Below are positions 9,069 to 19,477 of a stretch of 64,000 nt of DNA, one piece after another. The DNA lies in IMG/VR virus record IMGVR_UViG_3300029258_002750, positions 211,102 to 275,101 of that record, one strand, 5' to 3'. Both the position numbers and the translations under genes were made by a program. How positions within the stretch are numbered: the first letter of the stretch is position 1; each line of letters opens with the position of its first letter. The notes beneath the pieces are model-generated. The model was not told the DNA's origin and ran no database searches. It was given only the letters and a program-made list of their open reading frames with translations.

Positions 9069-10684
9069 TGAGCAACGGCATTTCGCTGAGTACGACCGCA
9101 CGGGATCTCGTCAGATCGGGTTTATTTGGCAAGGACTTCGAGACCAACCGAGACGAGATCATCTCGTTCCTCCAGCTCCGCTTCGGCCCCGAAGTTTCCT
9201 CCAACATCGTCGCGTCCGAGAAGGGCATCGAGCTGATCGAGATGTTCGCCTTCGGACTCTCGACGATGAACTGGTACGGGGACCGGCAGGCGGACGACAC
9301 CAACCTGCGCGACGTGCGTCTGCGAGCTGCGGCCGTCACAATCGCCCGCCAGCTGGGCTACAAGCCTGCGGCGGCCGTTCCACCTGCCGTGCGGATCACG
9401 ATGACGTTAGCTGCCCCAGCCCCGAGCCGGTTTACGATCGAGAAGGGACGTAAGCTCCAGGGGCCGAGCGGCTTGATCTTCGAGGTCGTGGACGAGACCA
9501 TCTTCGATGTCGGGGAGTCGGGTCCCAAGGAGTTCGACGCCAGGCAGGGCGAGTCGCTCGAGTCGGTCTTCGTCTCCACCGGCGAGCCCGCCCAGATCTT
9601 CCAGATCACCAACGTCCCGGATGGGTTCTCGATCGCTCAGGACAGCCCGCAGCTCTTCGTGTCGGCTGTCGAGTGGGACGAGAACCGCTTCATGGAGTTC
9701 GAGCAGACCAACCAGTTCGAGTTCCAGTACGGCTTCTCGCCGCCCCGCGCGGTGATGGGCGATGGTGTGGCCGGAAACATTCCACTGAAGGACGCCGAGC
9801 TGCGCTTCAAGTTCTTTGTGACGAGCGGTACCGGCGGTTCCGTGGCCGCGAACACGGTGACGGCCTTCATGGAGCCGGTCGTGGCCGGTACGACCCTGAT
9901 CGAGCCGATCCTGGTCCACGACGAGCCCTCCACGCCCGGGTCTGACCGGGAGACGATCGACGCGATCAAGGTGAACGCGCCCCTGGTCTTCCAGACGGCC
10001 CAGCGAGCCGTCACCCAGGTGGACCTGGACGGATGGATCAACTCCTTCTCCGACCCGACGTGGGGCAGCGTGGCGATCGGCCGCGCGACCACACCCAGGA
10101 GTGTCGAGCAGGACGCCGAGGCCCTCACGATCCTCGAGGAGATGGCGAATGCGGGGGTCCCACAGGACACAATCGACCGGCTCTACAACTACTGGAACCG
10201 GGTCCTGGCGTCGAACGGGCAGGCGGAGATCATCCTGGCCCAGATCCTCGCGGAGGACGACGTTGGGCGCTACGTGACTGCTCCGGTCGGGCTGGCCCAG
10301 GCGCTAGAAGTCTTCCTCGACGAGAAGGCGGTCAGCACGGCGAAGGTCCACGTCACCGACGGGTCGGTCAACCTCCTCTCGGTCGATCTGACGGTCTCGA
10401 TCACGACGACCGAAGACTACAGCAGCCAGGAGCAGAAGGAGACCGTGCTTGCCGAGGTACGGTCACAGCTAGAGGACGAGCTTCTGGGCAGGGCCTACGG
10501 GGAGTCGATTCGCATCAGCGACATCTACCAGCTGATCAACGGCATCACCGGGGTGAGCTGGAGCCATGCTGCTATCACCGGCGATACCGAGTCGCTCGGC
10601 CGCGTCAACGGCTTCGGCGATCTGGAGATCGAGGACTTCGAGGTGATCACGATGGGCGCGATCCCAGCGGTCACGGTGCAGTAG
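9068..10684 (+). CDS. Baseplate wedge protein (gpJ / T4 gp6-like)
   Basis: ARQLGYKP, GDGVAGNIP, GSDRETIDAIK, RAVTQVD. Confidence 0.9.
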   Translation: MSNGISLSTTARDLVRSGLFGKDFETNRDEIISFLQLRFGPEVSSNIVASEKGIELIEMFAFGLSTMNWYGDRQADDTNLRDVRLRAAAVTIARQLGYKPAAAVPPAVRITMTLAAPAPSRFTIEKGRKLQGPSGLIFEVVDETIFDVGESGPKEFDARQGESLESVFVSTGEPAQIFQITNVPDGFSIAQDSPQLFVSAVEWDENRFMEFEQTNQFEFQYGFSPPRAVMGDGVAGNIPLKDAELRFKFFVTSGTGGSVAANTVTAFMEPVVAGTTLIEPILVHDEPSTPGSDRETIDAIKVNAPLVFQTAQRAVTQVDLDGWINSFSDPTWGSVAIGRATTPRSVEQDAEALTILEEMANAGVPQDTIDRLYNYWNRVLASNGQAEIILAQILAEDDVGRYVTAPVGLAQALEVFLDEKAVSTAKVHVTDGSVNLLSVDLTVSITTTEDYSSQEQKETVLAEVRSQLEDELLGRAYGESIRISDIYQLINGITGVSWSHAAITGDTESLGRVNGFGDLEIEDFEVITMGAIPAVTVQ

Positions 10685-10694
10685 GAGAATCGAG

Positions 10695-11678
10695 ATGGCC
10701 GATCTCACCCCGCGTCTTTCGATCCCGGTTCCCTCGGAGTTCGAGGAGCCCTACTACGAGACGTCCCGCGACGGGTCGCTGGCCTTGGACTCCATCGGTT
10801 ACAGCAACGCCGAGAACAGTCAGCTCCAGTTCCTCTCCACTGGCTCGGTCGGCTGGGACGTCGCCGGGGCGCCGCCGAATGGCCTGGTCTACTGGACCGA
10901 GGACATCGATGTCACCGGATTCTCCGACGCCTTCAAGGCTTACATCGCAGGCGGGGCCTCGGTCGAGATGCAAGACGGGGAGGTGCTGTTCTTCCTCCTC
11001 CCGCGCGCGCTCAGGGCCAGGACGGAGCTGACGCTCTACCGGAGCAACCGGATCTTCCTAGAGGGCTCTCGGCTGCCGGATCTTCGACTGTTCTGCGCCC
11101 GGGTGGGCGACAAGCTCTACTTCCAGAATGGCCTGAGCCTCAAGGACGGCCAGGAGGGGGAGTTGTTCGGTGGCGGCCTGTTTCCCTCCACCATCACGCC
11201 GATCCACCAGCACGAGCCAGCGCTGATCATCCAGCCGCCATCGGCCGGGGTCTCGACGCTCGATGCGGGCATCACTGCCCCAGACCTGATCAAGGTGGAG
11301 GTCTACCGGAACGGCCAGCTTCTCGCCGCACCGGACGACTACACGATCAACCTGGGAACCGGGATCGTCACGCTCGTCATCCCCACGGTGCACGGCAGCG
11401 AGCGCTTCGTGCTCCTGCGCGAGACCCGTGACCCGATCTCGCTCACGCTGGGACACTCGCACCTCTCGACGCTCGTGCTCAAGCCAGCCCCGGCCACGGC
11501 ACTGCTCGACATGCTGGTGACCGCCCCTGTGCTGGACGCTGTGGACCTGTTCCGTGGCGGTGCCATCCTGGTCGAGCCTGACGACTACACCCTCGATACC
11601 GGCACCGGCTTTGTCACACTCGTGACGCCAACCGGGGTTGGTGAGGTCTTCGTGGCGCATCGGAGGATCAACGTCTAG
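10695..11678 (+). CDS. Baseplate-associated protein with two tandem VYRNG..DYT beta domains (possible fibre-attachment adaptor)
   Basis: Internal repeat VEVYRNGQLLAAPDDYTINLGTGIVTL / VDLFRGGAILVEPDDYTLDTGTGFVTL; RBS AGGAG. Confidence 0.6.
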   Translation: MADLTPRLSIPVPSEFEEPYYETSRDGSLALDSIGYSNAENSQLQFLSTGSVGWDVAGAPPNGLVYWTEDIDVTGFSDAFKAYIAGGASVEMQDGEVLFFLLPRALRARTELTLYRSNRIFLEGSRLPDLRLFCARVGDKLYFQNGLSLKDGQEGELFGGGLFPSTITPIHQHEPALIIQPPSAGVSTLDAGITAPDLIKVEVYRNGQLLAAPDDYTINLGTGIVTLVIPTVHGSERFVLLRETRDPISLTLGHSHLSTLVLKPAPATALLDMLVTAPVLDAVDLFRGGAILVEPDDYTLDTGTGFVTLVTPTGVGEVFVAHRRINV

Positions 11679-11680
11679 TC

Positions 11681-12610
11681 ATGGGCAAGCCGTCGAGAAT
11701 CGGTTACGGCCACAACCCCTTCGGGCATCCGCACGGCGGCGCCTTGTTCAGCGTCCCCGGCGGCGGCCCGTACTCGGTCAATGCTGGGTTCGGCCGAGGC
11801 GACTGGGCCGAGGAGGTCACCTGGCGGATCCTCCCCGACGACACGCGGGATGAGGACGGGCTCGGCAGCGACGTTCCAGAGCCGCTCCGGGGGATCATTG
11901 AGGCCGTCAAGCCGCTCCTGAACGAGCTGCTCGCCAAGTGGGCGATCTTCCCGAGCTTGTGGGACGCGGTCACCTGTCCGATCGACCAGCTGCCGATGCT
12001 GGCCTACAACGTGGGGATCACGCTCGATCCCACGAAGAACGAGCGGCTTCAGCGCTCGGAGGTGCTCAACGCTCCCCAGCTGTTCCTGCACAAGGGAACC
12101 GACCTGGGCTACACGATCCTCGCTGCCTTCGAGGATCTCCTGGTCGAGATCATTCCGCTCTGGGCCGAGAGCGCCGACCCCAGCGCCGCACTGACCCCGG
12201 TCGACCCGACCGTGTTTATCCCGTACTACAACAGCGAGGTCACCGACGTGGTGCCCCTCGACGCGGAGTACGACGACCGCTTCGCGCTGTGGCCCAAGTA
12301 CCTGGGTGTCAAGGACGAGAAGCGGTCCCACTTCCTGCGGCTGATCTTCTATCCGACAGATGACCCTTCGCAGGACTTCGACCCCGATGTGGCCGCGCGT
12401 CTGGCCGAGCGGCTGCTGCGGTTTAAGCCGATCTACGTGGAGATCGACAGGATCGTGTTCGACGGCCTACGCGGGTCGAGTCAGACGTGGACACAGAGCA
12501 TCGAGGCTGGCGACCACGCCGCCGGAATGTGGATGAATGGCCCAATCGTCGCGATGTTGACCGCAGCCAGCCAGACGTGGACCGGCGCTGTCGTGGCGGA
12601 CACGGTATGA
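11681..12610 (+). CDS. Baseplate wedge protein (P2 gpI-like)
   Basis: CPIDQLPMLAYNVG, HKGT and RFKPIYV motifs. Confidence 0.8.
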   Translation: MGKPSRIGYGHNPFGHPHGGALFSVPGGGPYSVNAGFGRGDWAEEVTWRILPDDTRDEDGLGSDVPEPLRGIIEAVKPLLNELLAKWAIFPSLWDAVTCPIDQLPMLAYNVGITLDPTKNERLQRSEVLNAPQLFLHKGTDLGYTILAAFEDLLVEIIPLWAESADPSAALTPVDPTVFIPYYNSEVTDVVPLDAEYDDRFALWPKYLGVKDEKRSHFLRLIFYPTDDPSQDFDPDVAARLAERLLRFKPIYVEIDRIVFDGLRGSSQTWTQSIEAGDHAAGMWMNGPIVAMLTAASQTWTGAVVADTV

Positions 12611-12804
12611 GCGAGCTGACGATGGCGAGGATGGAATACGCCAAGCGAGTTGCCCCATTCGTGTCAACGAGCTGGCTCGCAAAGACGATTCTCGATCTCA
12701 GCGAAGATGAATACCAGGCGCTCAGGCGCAAGGTGATCTACGAGACGCTCTACGAAGAGAGCGCAGTTGACCTGCTCGGCGCTCTCGCGGAGAGGAAGAG
12801 CTAG
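12607..12804 (+). CDS. Small hypothetical protein (65 aa) ending in the SAVDLLGALA motif
   Basis: ATGA overlap with the upstream gene; abuts the next ATG. Confidence 0.7.
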   Translation: MSELTMARMEYAKRVAPFVSTSWLAKTILDLSEDEYQALRRKVIYETLYEESAVDLLGALAERKS

Positions 12805-14208
12805 ATGGCGAAGGCGCTAGCGTTCAGGCGAGACACCAGCACGGTCGTCACGATCGACACCATCAACAACGTCGTGGCCGACGTTGGAATCGCGATTCCC
12901 GGAGCGCTCACGACGACGGTGTTTCCGGGGCGTACCAGGAACAACATCGCCGTCTACAACGGCGATCCCTACCTGCTCTACATCCACTCGTCAGGCGAGG
13001 CCCGTGTCGCGGTATACCAGAGCGGCTCGTGGTCCGACGTTCCATCGGCCGCTTTCCCTCCTGTGTCGGGAACCGTCGTTCCGATCAGCCTGGAGGTCGT
13101 CCAAGACTACCTCGTGATGAGCGTGTGGCGGCAGAACTCCGCCAGCGTGGATGGTCTGATCGTGAAGCGGACGGCCGATGGCTCGACGTGGGACGCGCCG
13201 GTGGCACTCGGCGCCCCTGTGCAGCCCACGGTCTCGGAGGGCTGCGCCTCGATCGCCTGGCGACAGGTCATGTGGTACGCCACGGCGAGCGGGATCGCCT
13301 ACTACAACCCGATCACCAACACGATGTCGGCCGCCTTCGATGACGGGGACGACGGCAACCTCGACGGTCCAGAGGTGCCCGTCGGCTCGTTCGCGTTCTG
13401 GAACAACAACCTCTACGTCCTGAAGCCTGGGACAGCCCTGTCCCTCTACCAGCTCGACACCGCGTGGCAGCCGACAGCGCCAACCGCCCCGCCCTCGTGG
13501 ACCAAGCTCTCGGCTACCGGCATCCCGAGCTTGGGATCGCTCACGATCGTACCGGACACGCCACCTGCGCTGCTCTTCGTCAACAGGGTCGATGAGTTGT
13601 GCATCCTCTACTCGGCCGCGCTTGGCTCGAAGCTCGTCAAGACGGACGCGGCGGCCTTCCCAGTCTTCGCCTTCACGGACGTGACGACCAGCCTGCTACC
13701 CTCGGCCATCCAGGGCATCTCGGACGGCGGCTTCACGCTCTACCAGGACGACCGGCGACGGGTCAACGAGGTTCAGAACATCCTGATTCACAGTAGCTCC
13801 ACCACCCAGCTGGCTACGTGGGATGGCGTGTCGGAGATCAACGTCCGAACGACATTCTCCCATCGGGTCATGCCGCCCGATGAGCGGTTTGGCGCGCTGC
13901 GGACGTTCACGAACCTCCAGCCGACGACTTCGATTACTGGCGTCGCGCAACCGTGGGACGGTCGCGTCGTGATCGACTACGACGTCAGAGATGCCAGTTC
14001 GCGGCCGGTGGACATCTTCGGCGAGTACTCGGTCGATGGCGACGAGTGGTCGCCGATGACCCAGGGCGACGGGGATGACGGCAACGAGCAGCTCGCGACA
14101 ACCCCGGCAGGCAGCAGCTACCAGTTCTACTGGGACGCCTGGGCCGACCTGACCGGCACGTACCCCAACATGAACATGCGGATCGTCTCCCGGATCTCCG
14201 GGGTCTAG
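12805..14208 (+). CDS. Putative virion protein: beta-propeller-like region plus C-terminal Ig-like domain
   Basis: Trp-rich beta repeats; C-terminal P..SITG...Y.F.WD domain resembles those of 39518 and 41080. Confidence 0.6.
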   Translation: MAKALAFRRDTSTVVTIDTINNVVADVGIAIPGALTTTVFPGRTRNNIAVYNGDPYLLYIHSSGEARVAVYQSGSWSDVPSAAFPPVSGTVVPISLEVVQDYLVMSVWRQNSASVDGLIVKRTADGSTWDAPVALGAPVQPTVSEGCASIAWRQVMWYATASGIAYYNPITNTMSAAFDDGDDGNLDGPEVPVGSFAFWNNNLYVLKPGTALSLYQLDTAWQPTAPTAPPSWTKLSATGIPSLGSLTIVPDTPPALLFVNRVDELCILYSAALGSKLVKTDAAAFPVFAFTDVTTSLLPSAIQGISDGGFTLYQDDRRRVNEVQNILIHSSSTTQLATWDGVSEINVRTTFSHRVMPPDERFGALRTFTNLQPTTSITGVAQPWDGRVVIDYDVRDASSRPVDIFGEYSVDGDEWSPMTQGDGDDGNEQLATTPAGSSYQFYWDAWADLTGTYPNMNMRIVSRISGV

Positions 14209-14280
14209 GAAGATAGAGGCACTCGGTCGGTGAATGGTGGTAAGTTCGCTCTCTGGCACGCTAGGTGAGGTGGAGAGCAA

Positions 14281-14550
14281 ATGCCGAAGATCGAACTGGA
14301 CGAGTTAGGAGAGGCCCACGTCAAGCTGCTCATGGAGACGAGAGGCAGGGCAGTGGCCGAGGCCGAGAGGAAGTTCAACGAGGGCCTGGAGATCGTGCTG
14401 CGAGCGAGCAACCACGAGTGGCCCGGCACAGACCTGGGTGTCCGCAAGAAGGAAGGCAAGATGCTCCTTGTGTGGGGGGATGAGCTGACCAAGGAGAAGG
14501 GGGCCATCGCGGCCAGCGGTGGTCCGCCGGAAGATACGCCGCCCTACTAG
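14281..14550 (+). CDS. Small helical hypothetical protein
   Basis: RBS GGAGAG, 89 aa, phage-like codon use. Confidence 0.7.
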   Translation: MPKIELDELGEAHVKLLMETRGRAVAEAERKFNEGLEIVLRASNHEWPGTDLGVRKKEGKMLLVWGDELTKEKGAIAASGGPPEDTPPY

Positions 14551-14560
14551 GAGGCGATGA

Positions 14561-15028
14561 ATGAGCACCCTGATTCGACAAGGCGACACGCTTCCGCTGT
14601 CGTTGCAGCTCCCGGACGGGGTCACCTCGAAGTACCCGCAGGCGGACATCTACTCGGTGGCCGGGGCACTCCTGACCACCGTGGACCTCGTCCACCGCGC
14701 CACCGGGCTCTACACGGTCGACACGGAGAACATGCCTGCCCAGGACTTCGTGACGGTCGTCTACACCGTCTACGATGACGCCGGTCACACGATCGTCTCT
14801 GCCACGTACGACCGGACGTCCGAGGTGTTCGTTCGGGCCGCGTTCATCGCGCTGGGCGACCTCGTGGACGGGACGGTCACCGTCCAGACAGCCCTGGCTC
14901 GCGCGAACGCGGCTGCGGCCGGGAAGGTCGTCAGAACGATGGGTAACCGTTACGAGTACCGCAATGACGCGGACACGGGCGCCCTGTTCACCAACATCGA
15001 CAACGACACGGAGCGGACCCCGGTGTGA
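14561..15028 (+). CDS. Hypothetical virion protein
   Basis: RBS GGAGG; beta-rich N-terminus; C-terminal TVQTALARANAAAAGK...ERT. Confidence 0.7.
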   Translation: MSTLIRQGDTLPLSLQLPDGVTSKYPQADIYSVAGALLTTVDLVHRATGLYTVDTENMPAQDFVTVVYTVYDDAGHTIVSATYDRTSEVFVRAAFIALGDLVDGTVTVQTALARANAAAAGKVVRTMGNRYEYRNDADTGALFTNIDNDTERTPV

Positions 15029-15300
15029 CGACGGTCAGGCGCGTCTACACTTTCGGATGGGATGGACCTCCGCCCTCAGGCGAGGAGGACGAGCCCACGT
15101 TCGTCTTTACCGGCGGCTGGTTCGGACAGTCGTACGACATTCCGCTCATCGAACCGCTGGATCCATCGATCGTGGCTCACGAGCAGAAGATCACCGGCCA
15201 GCTGACGACGTTCTTCGCACAGGGCACAGGCTCGACGATCAGTCCCGGCACCAGGGGCGTGGAGAGCGGAGACGCGAGGGTTGGTGAGGTGGTGCTGTAG
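15025..15300 (+). CDS. Hypothetical protein
   Basis: GTGA and TAGTG overlaps with both neighbours. Confidence 0.65.
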   Translation: MTTVRRVYTFGWDGPPPSGEEDEPTFVFTGGWFGQSYDIPLIEPLDPSIVAHEQKITGQLTTFFAQGTGSTISPGTRGVESGDARVGEVVL

Positions 15301-17495
15301 TGGCTGTCTTCCCGACGAGCACGATCAACAAGCAGAACGTGAAGTTCCGGTACGGGGAGCAGTACGTCTCGGAGGCCGCGAACCGGAAATTCCTCGCGAT
15401 CCCGAGAGGCGTCTACTACGGCTTCATCCCCACGTTCGAGAACGACGTGCTGACCCTCGCGCCGGACCCGACCTACGGAGTCTCTCAGGCTCGGCTCACG
15501 TCGTCCGACGATCCGCTGATCGCGCTCGATGTCGTGACCACTGAGTCGATCACGCTTGACTTCACCGGTCACTCGAGCTACCCGGTGAACGTGGTCCTCA
15601 AGGCCAACGGGGCGCTGGGGCTGGCGCACTCAGCCCAGGTCTTCACCAAGGTCGGGGCCGCGACTGATCCGACCGAGCTGCTGCTCGGCGAGGTCACGGC
15701 CGCGAACACGATCGACGTGACGCTGCCCGCCAAGAGGAGCAACCCCTACGCCTACGCCGGGGCGCCTCTCGGCTACGGCTTCATGCCCTCGGGGTCGGTC
15801 GAGGATCTCATCGCCGCCGTCTCCCTGGTGCAGGAGGTCGAGAACGCCAGAACCGATCTGACTGGCTTCACGCACCCGACCCTGCGTGAGCGGCTCGACG
15901 CCGACGCCACTGGTCCGGCCATCGCCGAGCGGCTGGGGAAAGAGCTGCGGACGATTGTCAGCGAGGACATCACGCTGCCGTCTGCGCCTACCGGCAGTAT
16001 CAACGTGAGCCGGTCGTTCTCGGCCCTCTACCGATCGTCCTCGCCTGTCGAGAACATCCCCGGGTTCGCCTCCGAGGACCGCAACGGTGCGATCACGGGT
16101 GGAACACTCCCAGTTCTGGTGCCGCCGGGTGCGCTGTCTGACTCGGAGCGCAACGTCTGCATGGTTATCGATACCTCGACCGAGCGCCGGATCCAGAACA
16201 CTGCCAAGGTGGCGGCCTACGGGCGGCTGACGCTCTCCGAGGTCGTGCTCACGGGCACGCTCACGTTCGTGGCCGCAAGCGATCGGGTCAGCGGAGCTGG
16301 AACCGACTTCCCGAACCAGGTAGAGGTTGGGGACATCGTCCAAGATACGGCCGATGACTACTACGAGGTGACCGCGATTCCCCAGACCGTGACAGGCGAG
16401 CTGCTCGCGACGATCGGCGGCTCACCCGCTCCGCACGATCTCTCGACGACTCCGCTCTCGAACCCAACGGCGATCATCCCCGGCTCCGTCTCGATCGACG
16501 TCGTGGTGGACGGTGTAGGGTCCGACGTCATCATCGACGACGGGGCCGGGAACCTCACGAGCGCCGCGCTGACCGCACCCGGGACGATCAATTACACGAC
16601 CGGGGCAATGACCGGAGTCACGGTCAACCTCCAGGCGGCCTCGCTGGTCCAGGCCAACTACACCACGGTGACCAACGAGATCCAGATCTCGACGCCAGCT
16701 GCCACCCCCGGCTCGTCGGCTACATTGCTGAGGCGGCGGTTCACTCTCTCCTTCTACGTTCGCACCGGCATCGGAGCCGAGTCCGGCCTGGCGCTCGACG
16801 GCGGCCCGACGCTTCGGTTCTTCTTCCCGCTCTGGGACACGATGGAGACGTCGCAGTTCGACTACCTGCCGTACCTCTTCAGGAACGCGGACGCCGAGCC
16901 GGTGATCGACGCGACGACCGTGATCTCAGGCCGCGCGCTGGTAGCCGCCAACGCGGGTGATGGGAAGGCCGGGGCCATCAACGAGATTCAGGACACGGGG
17001 AACCCGCTGCCGGACGGCTTCTACCACACGCTCAACTTCAACGGCGCATCCGATGGCGGGAGCGGCGTTGCCAACATCACGCAGCGAGGGCCGACCGGGC
17101 CAACAGGGCCAGACGCATCTGGCGGGCCGGTCGGACCAACTGGTCCGAAGGGCGATCAGGGACCCGGCTTCGAGCGATCGTCCGGCGACAACCCTGGAAC
17201 CTATCCGATCGTAGAGACATTCAACGTACCCCAGGGCTACTTTGGGTATACGCCAGGGACGACCTGGACCGACACGCACGACTTCAGTGCCACTCACAGC
17301 ATCTCGGAGATCTTGTTCGGAACGACGGGGCTCTCGAAGTGGAACCCGAACGACGACCATGGGGACGACCGCTGGCAGATCGAGCTGCTCGAGAAGATCT
17401 CGGCTACGACGTTGCGGGTGACCGGCTATGTGCCGCTCGGCAACCCGGATGTCGCCGGTATCCGATTCCTCTTCAACGCTGCGGGGCTTGACTGA
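15300..17495 (+). CDS. Tail fibre protein, paralog 1 of 3, with short collagen-like segment
   Basis: PRGVYYGFIP N-domain, GFMP, L.ERL.AD coil, HTLNF, GPTGPTGP...GPKGDQGP. Confidence 0.75.
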   Translation: MAVFPTSTINKQNVKFRYGEQYVSEAANRKFLAIPRGVYYGFIPTFENDVLTLAPDPTYGVSQARLTSSDDPLIALDVVTTESITLDFTGHSSYPVNVVLKANGALGLAHSAQVFTKVGAATDPTELLLGEVTAANTIDVTLPAKRSNPYAYAGAPLGYGFMPSGSVEDLIAAVSLVQEVENARTDLTGFTHPTLRERLDADATGPAIAERLGKELRTIVSEDITLPSAPTGSINVSRSFSALYRSSSPVENIPGFASEDRNGAITGGTLPVLVPPGALSDSERNVCMVIDTSTERRIQNTAKVAAYGRLTLSEVVLTGTLTFVAASDRVSGAGTDFPNQVEVGDIVQDTADDYYEVTAIPQTVTGELLATIGGSPAPHDLSTTPLSNPTAIIPGSVSIDVVVDGVGSDVIIDDGAGNLTSAALTAPGTINYTTGAMTGVTVNLQAASLVQANYTTVTNEIQISTPAATPGSSATLLRRRFTLSFYVRTGIGAESGLALDGGPTLRFFFPLWDTMETSQFDYLPYLFRNADAEPVIDATTVISGRALVAANAGDGKAGAINEIQDTGNPLPDGFYHTLNFNGASDGGSGVANITQRGPTGPTGPDASGGPVGPTGPKGDQGPGFERSSGDNPGTYPIVETFNVPQGYFGYTPGTTWTDTHDFSATHSISEILFGTTGLSKWNPNDDHGDDRWQIELLEKISATTLRVTGYVPLGNPDVAGIRFLFNAAGLD

Positions 17496-19477
17496 TGGCG
17501 ATCTACCCCGTCGAGTTCTTCACCCTGGGCAACGCGCTACTCAACTACTCCGACGAGTGGCAGTCGGCGCCGCTCGTTCAGAAGTTCGGGGGGATGCCGA
17601 AAGGCGTCTACGTCGGATTCACGCCAACCGTGGCCTCGCCGGTGCTCAACCTGGTGACCGACGCCGCCGAGGGCTTCTCGCTCCTCAAGACAGCATCTCA
17701 GGACGATCCGGGAGGACTGACAGTCGCTCTGGACTCGAACATCTCCCTGGACTTCACGGGTCAGCCTCCAGGCGACTTCCCGCTTCACGTGATCGCGCGA
17801 GCCTCGTACACAGCCGACGGGTCAGCGCCGACCTCGGCCGAGATCATCACCAGGTCAGCTGGACCAGTGGCCCACGACGAGGTGCTAGTCTGCATCGTGA
17901 CCGGGAACGCCGGGGCGATGACGATCTCCTACCGGCTTGTGCTGAACTTCGGCCACTCCCACACGGTCGAGCTGGACGCCAGCCTCAACGGCACTTCTTC
18001 GATCGACGACAGCCACTCCCACACGGTCGTCGCCGGGGTCGTGCAGATGGCGTCCGGCCACACGCACTCCCTGGATATGCTGCGGGATGCGCCGCTGGCC
18101 TACGACGGTGTCGACTTCGGCTTCATGCCCGCCGGATCTGTCGAAGACCTCGCGACGGCCGTCGAGATCGTCAACGAGATGGCCGCAGCTCGGATCGGGC
18201 TGGATTCGACCGTCTACGACACGCTCTCCGAACGACTCGCTGCCGACCAGAGCGCGCCCTCGATGGGCGGTCGGTTGGGTTTCATCCTCGCGGCGCTACG
18301 AAGCAACGACTACCTGGTCGAGTCGGGCGATACCTCGGTCAACGTCTCGGGATCGTTCTCCGAGGTCAACCGGCTCCACAAGCCCGAGATCACTCTCGAC
18401 GGCCAGGGCGCCGAGGGTGTGCGCGGGGCCGTCTCGTCGCCCAACGACGACGTACGCAACATCGCGGTGGTGCTTGACGCGGTGACCGGATACCGGCTCC
18501 TCGACGATGACGACACTCGGCGAGTGATCTTCGGCCGCGTGACCGGCCCAGAGGAATCCACGCTCACCGGGACCTACAACTTCCTGAACGCCCAGAAGGC
18601 CGTGTCGATCACGGACGGCCAGGCGGTCGGAGAGCTGGAGGTTGGGGACACGATCATGGGTGTTGACGGCCTCTACTATGAGGTCGGGACGATCTTCTCT
18701 GACGAGCTGATCGAGCTGGTCGACGAGTACCAGGGGCCAAACGCCGCGTCGGGCGGCCTGACGAAGCGGCGCTGGACGCTGGAGCTGAAGAAGATCTCGG
18801 GCACGCTCGAGATCGATGCCGAGGCTGATGCGGCGACCACCATCCGGTTCATCTTCCCCGCCTTTGTGCCGCTCGAGACAGGCATGGCCGATCAGCGGCT
18901 CATTCACCACATGCCGGGCGGTAAGCCGCCGCTGCCCGACGCGACTACGACGCAGCGAGGCCGCGTGCTCTTGTCTCAGTCTGGCGCGAAGCTGGGCGCG
19001 ATCAATATCCAAAACGCGGGTGCACCGCTGGTTGGCGGACCGTTCCACACGATCAACTTCCGTGACGGAGGCGGCCAGGTCATCGAGACCGGCGATGGTG
19101 AGGTCACAGTCGGCGAGATCGGACCGACTGGACCAACAGGCGACCCCGGCATCCCGGGAGCCCCAGGACCAACCGGGCCGGATGGTGTTGGATTCGACGA
19201 GATCAACGTCTGGGAACTCAGCGGGTGGTTGCCCAGCTCCGGCTACAACTCGGGTGGCCCGAACACCTACAGCTTCCAGACGGGGATGGGGCACACGATC
19301 AGGGCCTTGTGCGGCGGCATCGCCTCGTGGGATGACGATGGCGTCTTCGAGACCAGTACGCCGGACGAGATCGAGATCATCGACATCACCGGCGTAGGAA
19401 CAGGCACCGGCCGGATCGAGATCACCCTGCGCAACGACACGCGCGCGAAGCTCTTCTTGTCATCGGCGGGGTCGTAA
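17495..19477 (+). CDS. Tail fibre protein, paralog 2 of 3
   Basis: PKGVYVGFTP, GFMP, HTINF, Gly-X-Y run; extra HSH/HSH/HTH insert. Confidence 0.75.
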   Translation: MAIYPVEFFTLGNALLNYSDEWQSAPLVQKFGGMPKGVYVGFTPTVASPVLNLVTDAAEGFSLLKTASQDDPGGLTVALDSNISLDFTGQPPGDFPLHVIARASYTADGSAPTSAEIITRSAGPVAHDEVLVCIVTGNAGAMTISYRLVLNFGHSHTVELDASLNGTSSIDDSHSHTVVAGVVQMASGHTHSLDMLRDAPLAYDGVDFGFMPAGSVEDLATAVEIVNEMAAARIGLDSTVYDTLSERLAADQSAPSMGGRLGFILAALRSNDYLVESGDTSVNVSGSFSEVNRLHKPEITLDGQGAEGVRGAVSSPNDDVRNIAVVLDAVTGYRLLDDDDTRRVIFGRVTGPEESTLTGTYNFLNAQKAVSITDGQAVGELEVGDTIMGVDGLYYEVGTIFSDELIELVDEYQGPNAASGGLTKRRWTLELKKISGTLEIDAEADAATTIRFIFPAFVPLETGMADQRLIHHMPGGKPPLPDATTTQRGRVLLSQSGAKLGAINIQNAGAPLVGGPFHTINFRDGGGQVIETGDGEVTVGEIGPTGPTGDPGIPGAPGPTGPDGVGFDEINVWELSGWLPSSGYNSGGPNTYSFQTGMGHTIRALCGGIASWDDDGVFETSTPDEIEIIDITGVGTGTGRIEITLRNDTRAKLFLSSAGS

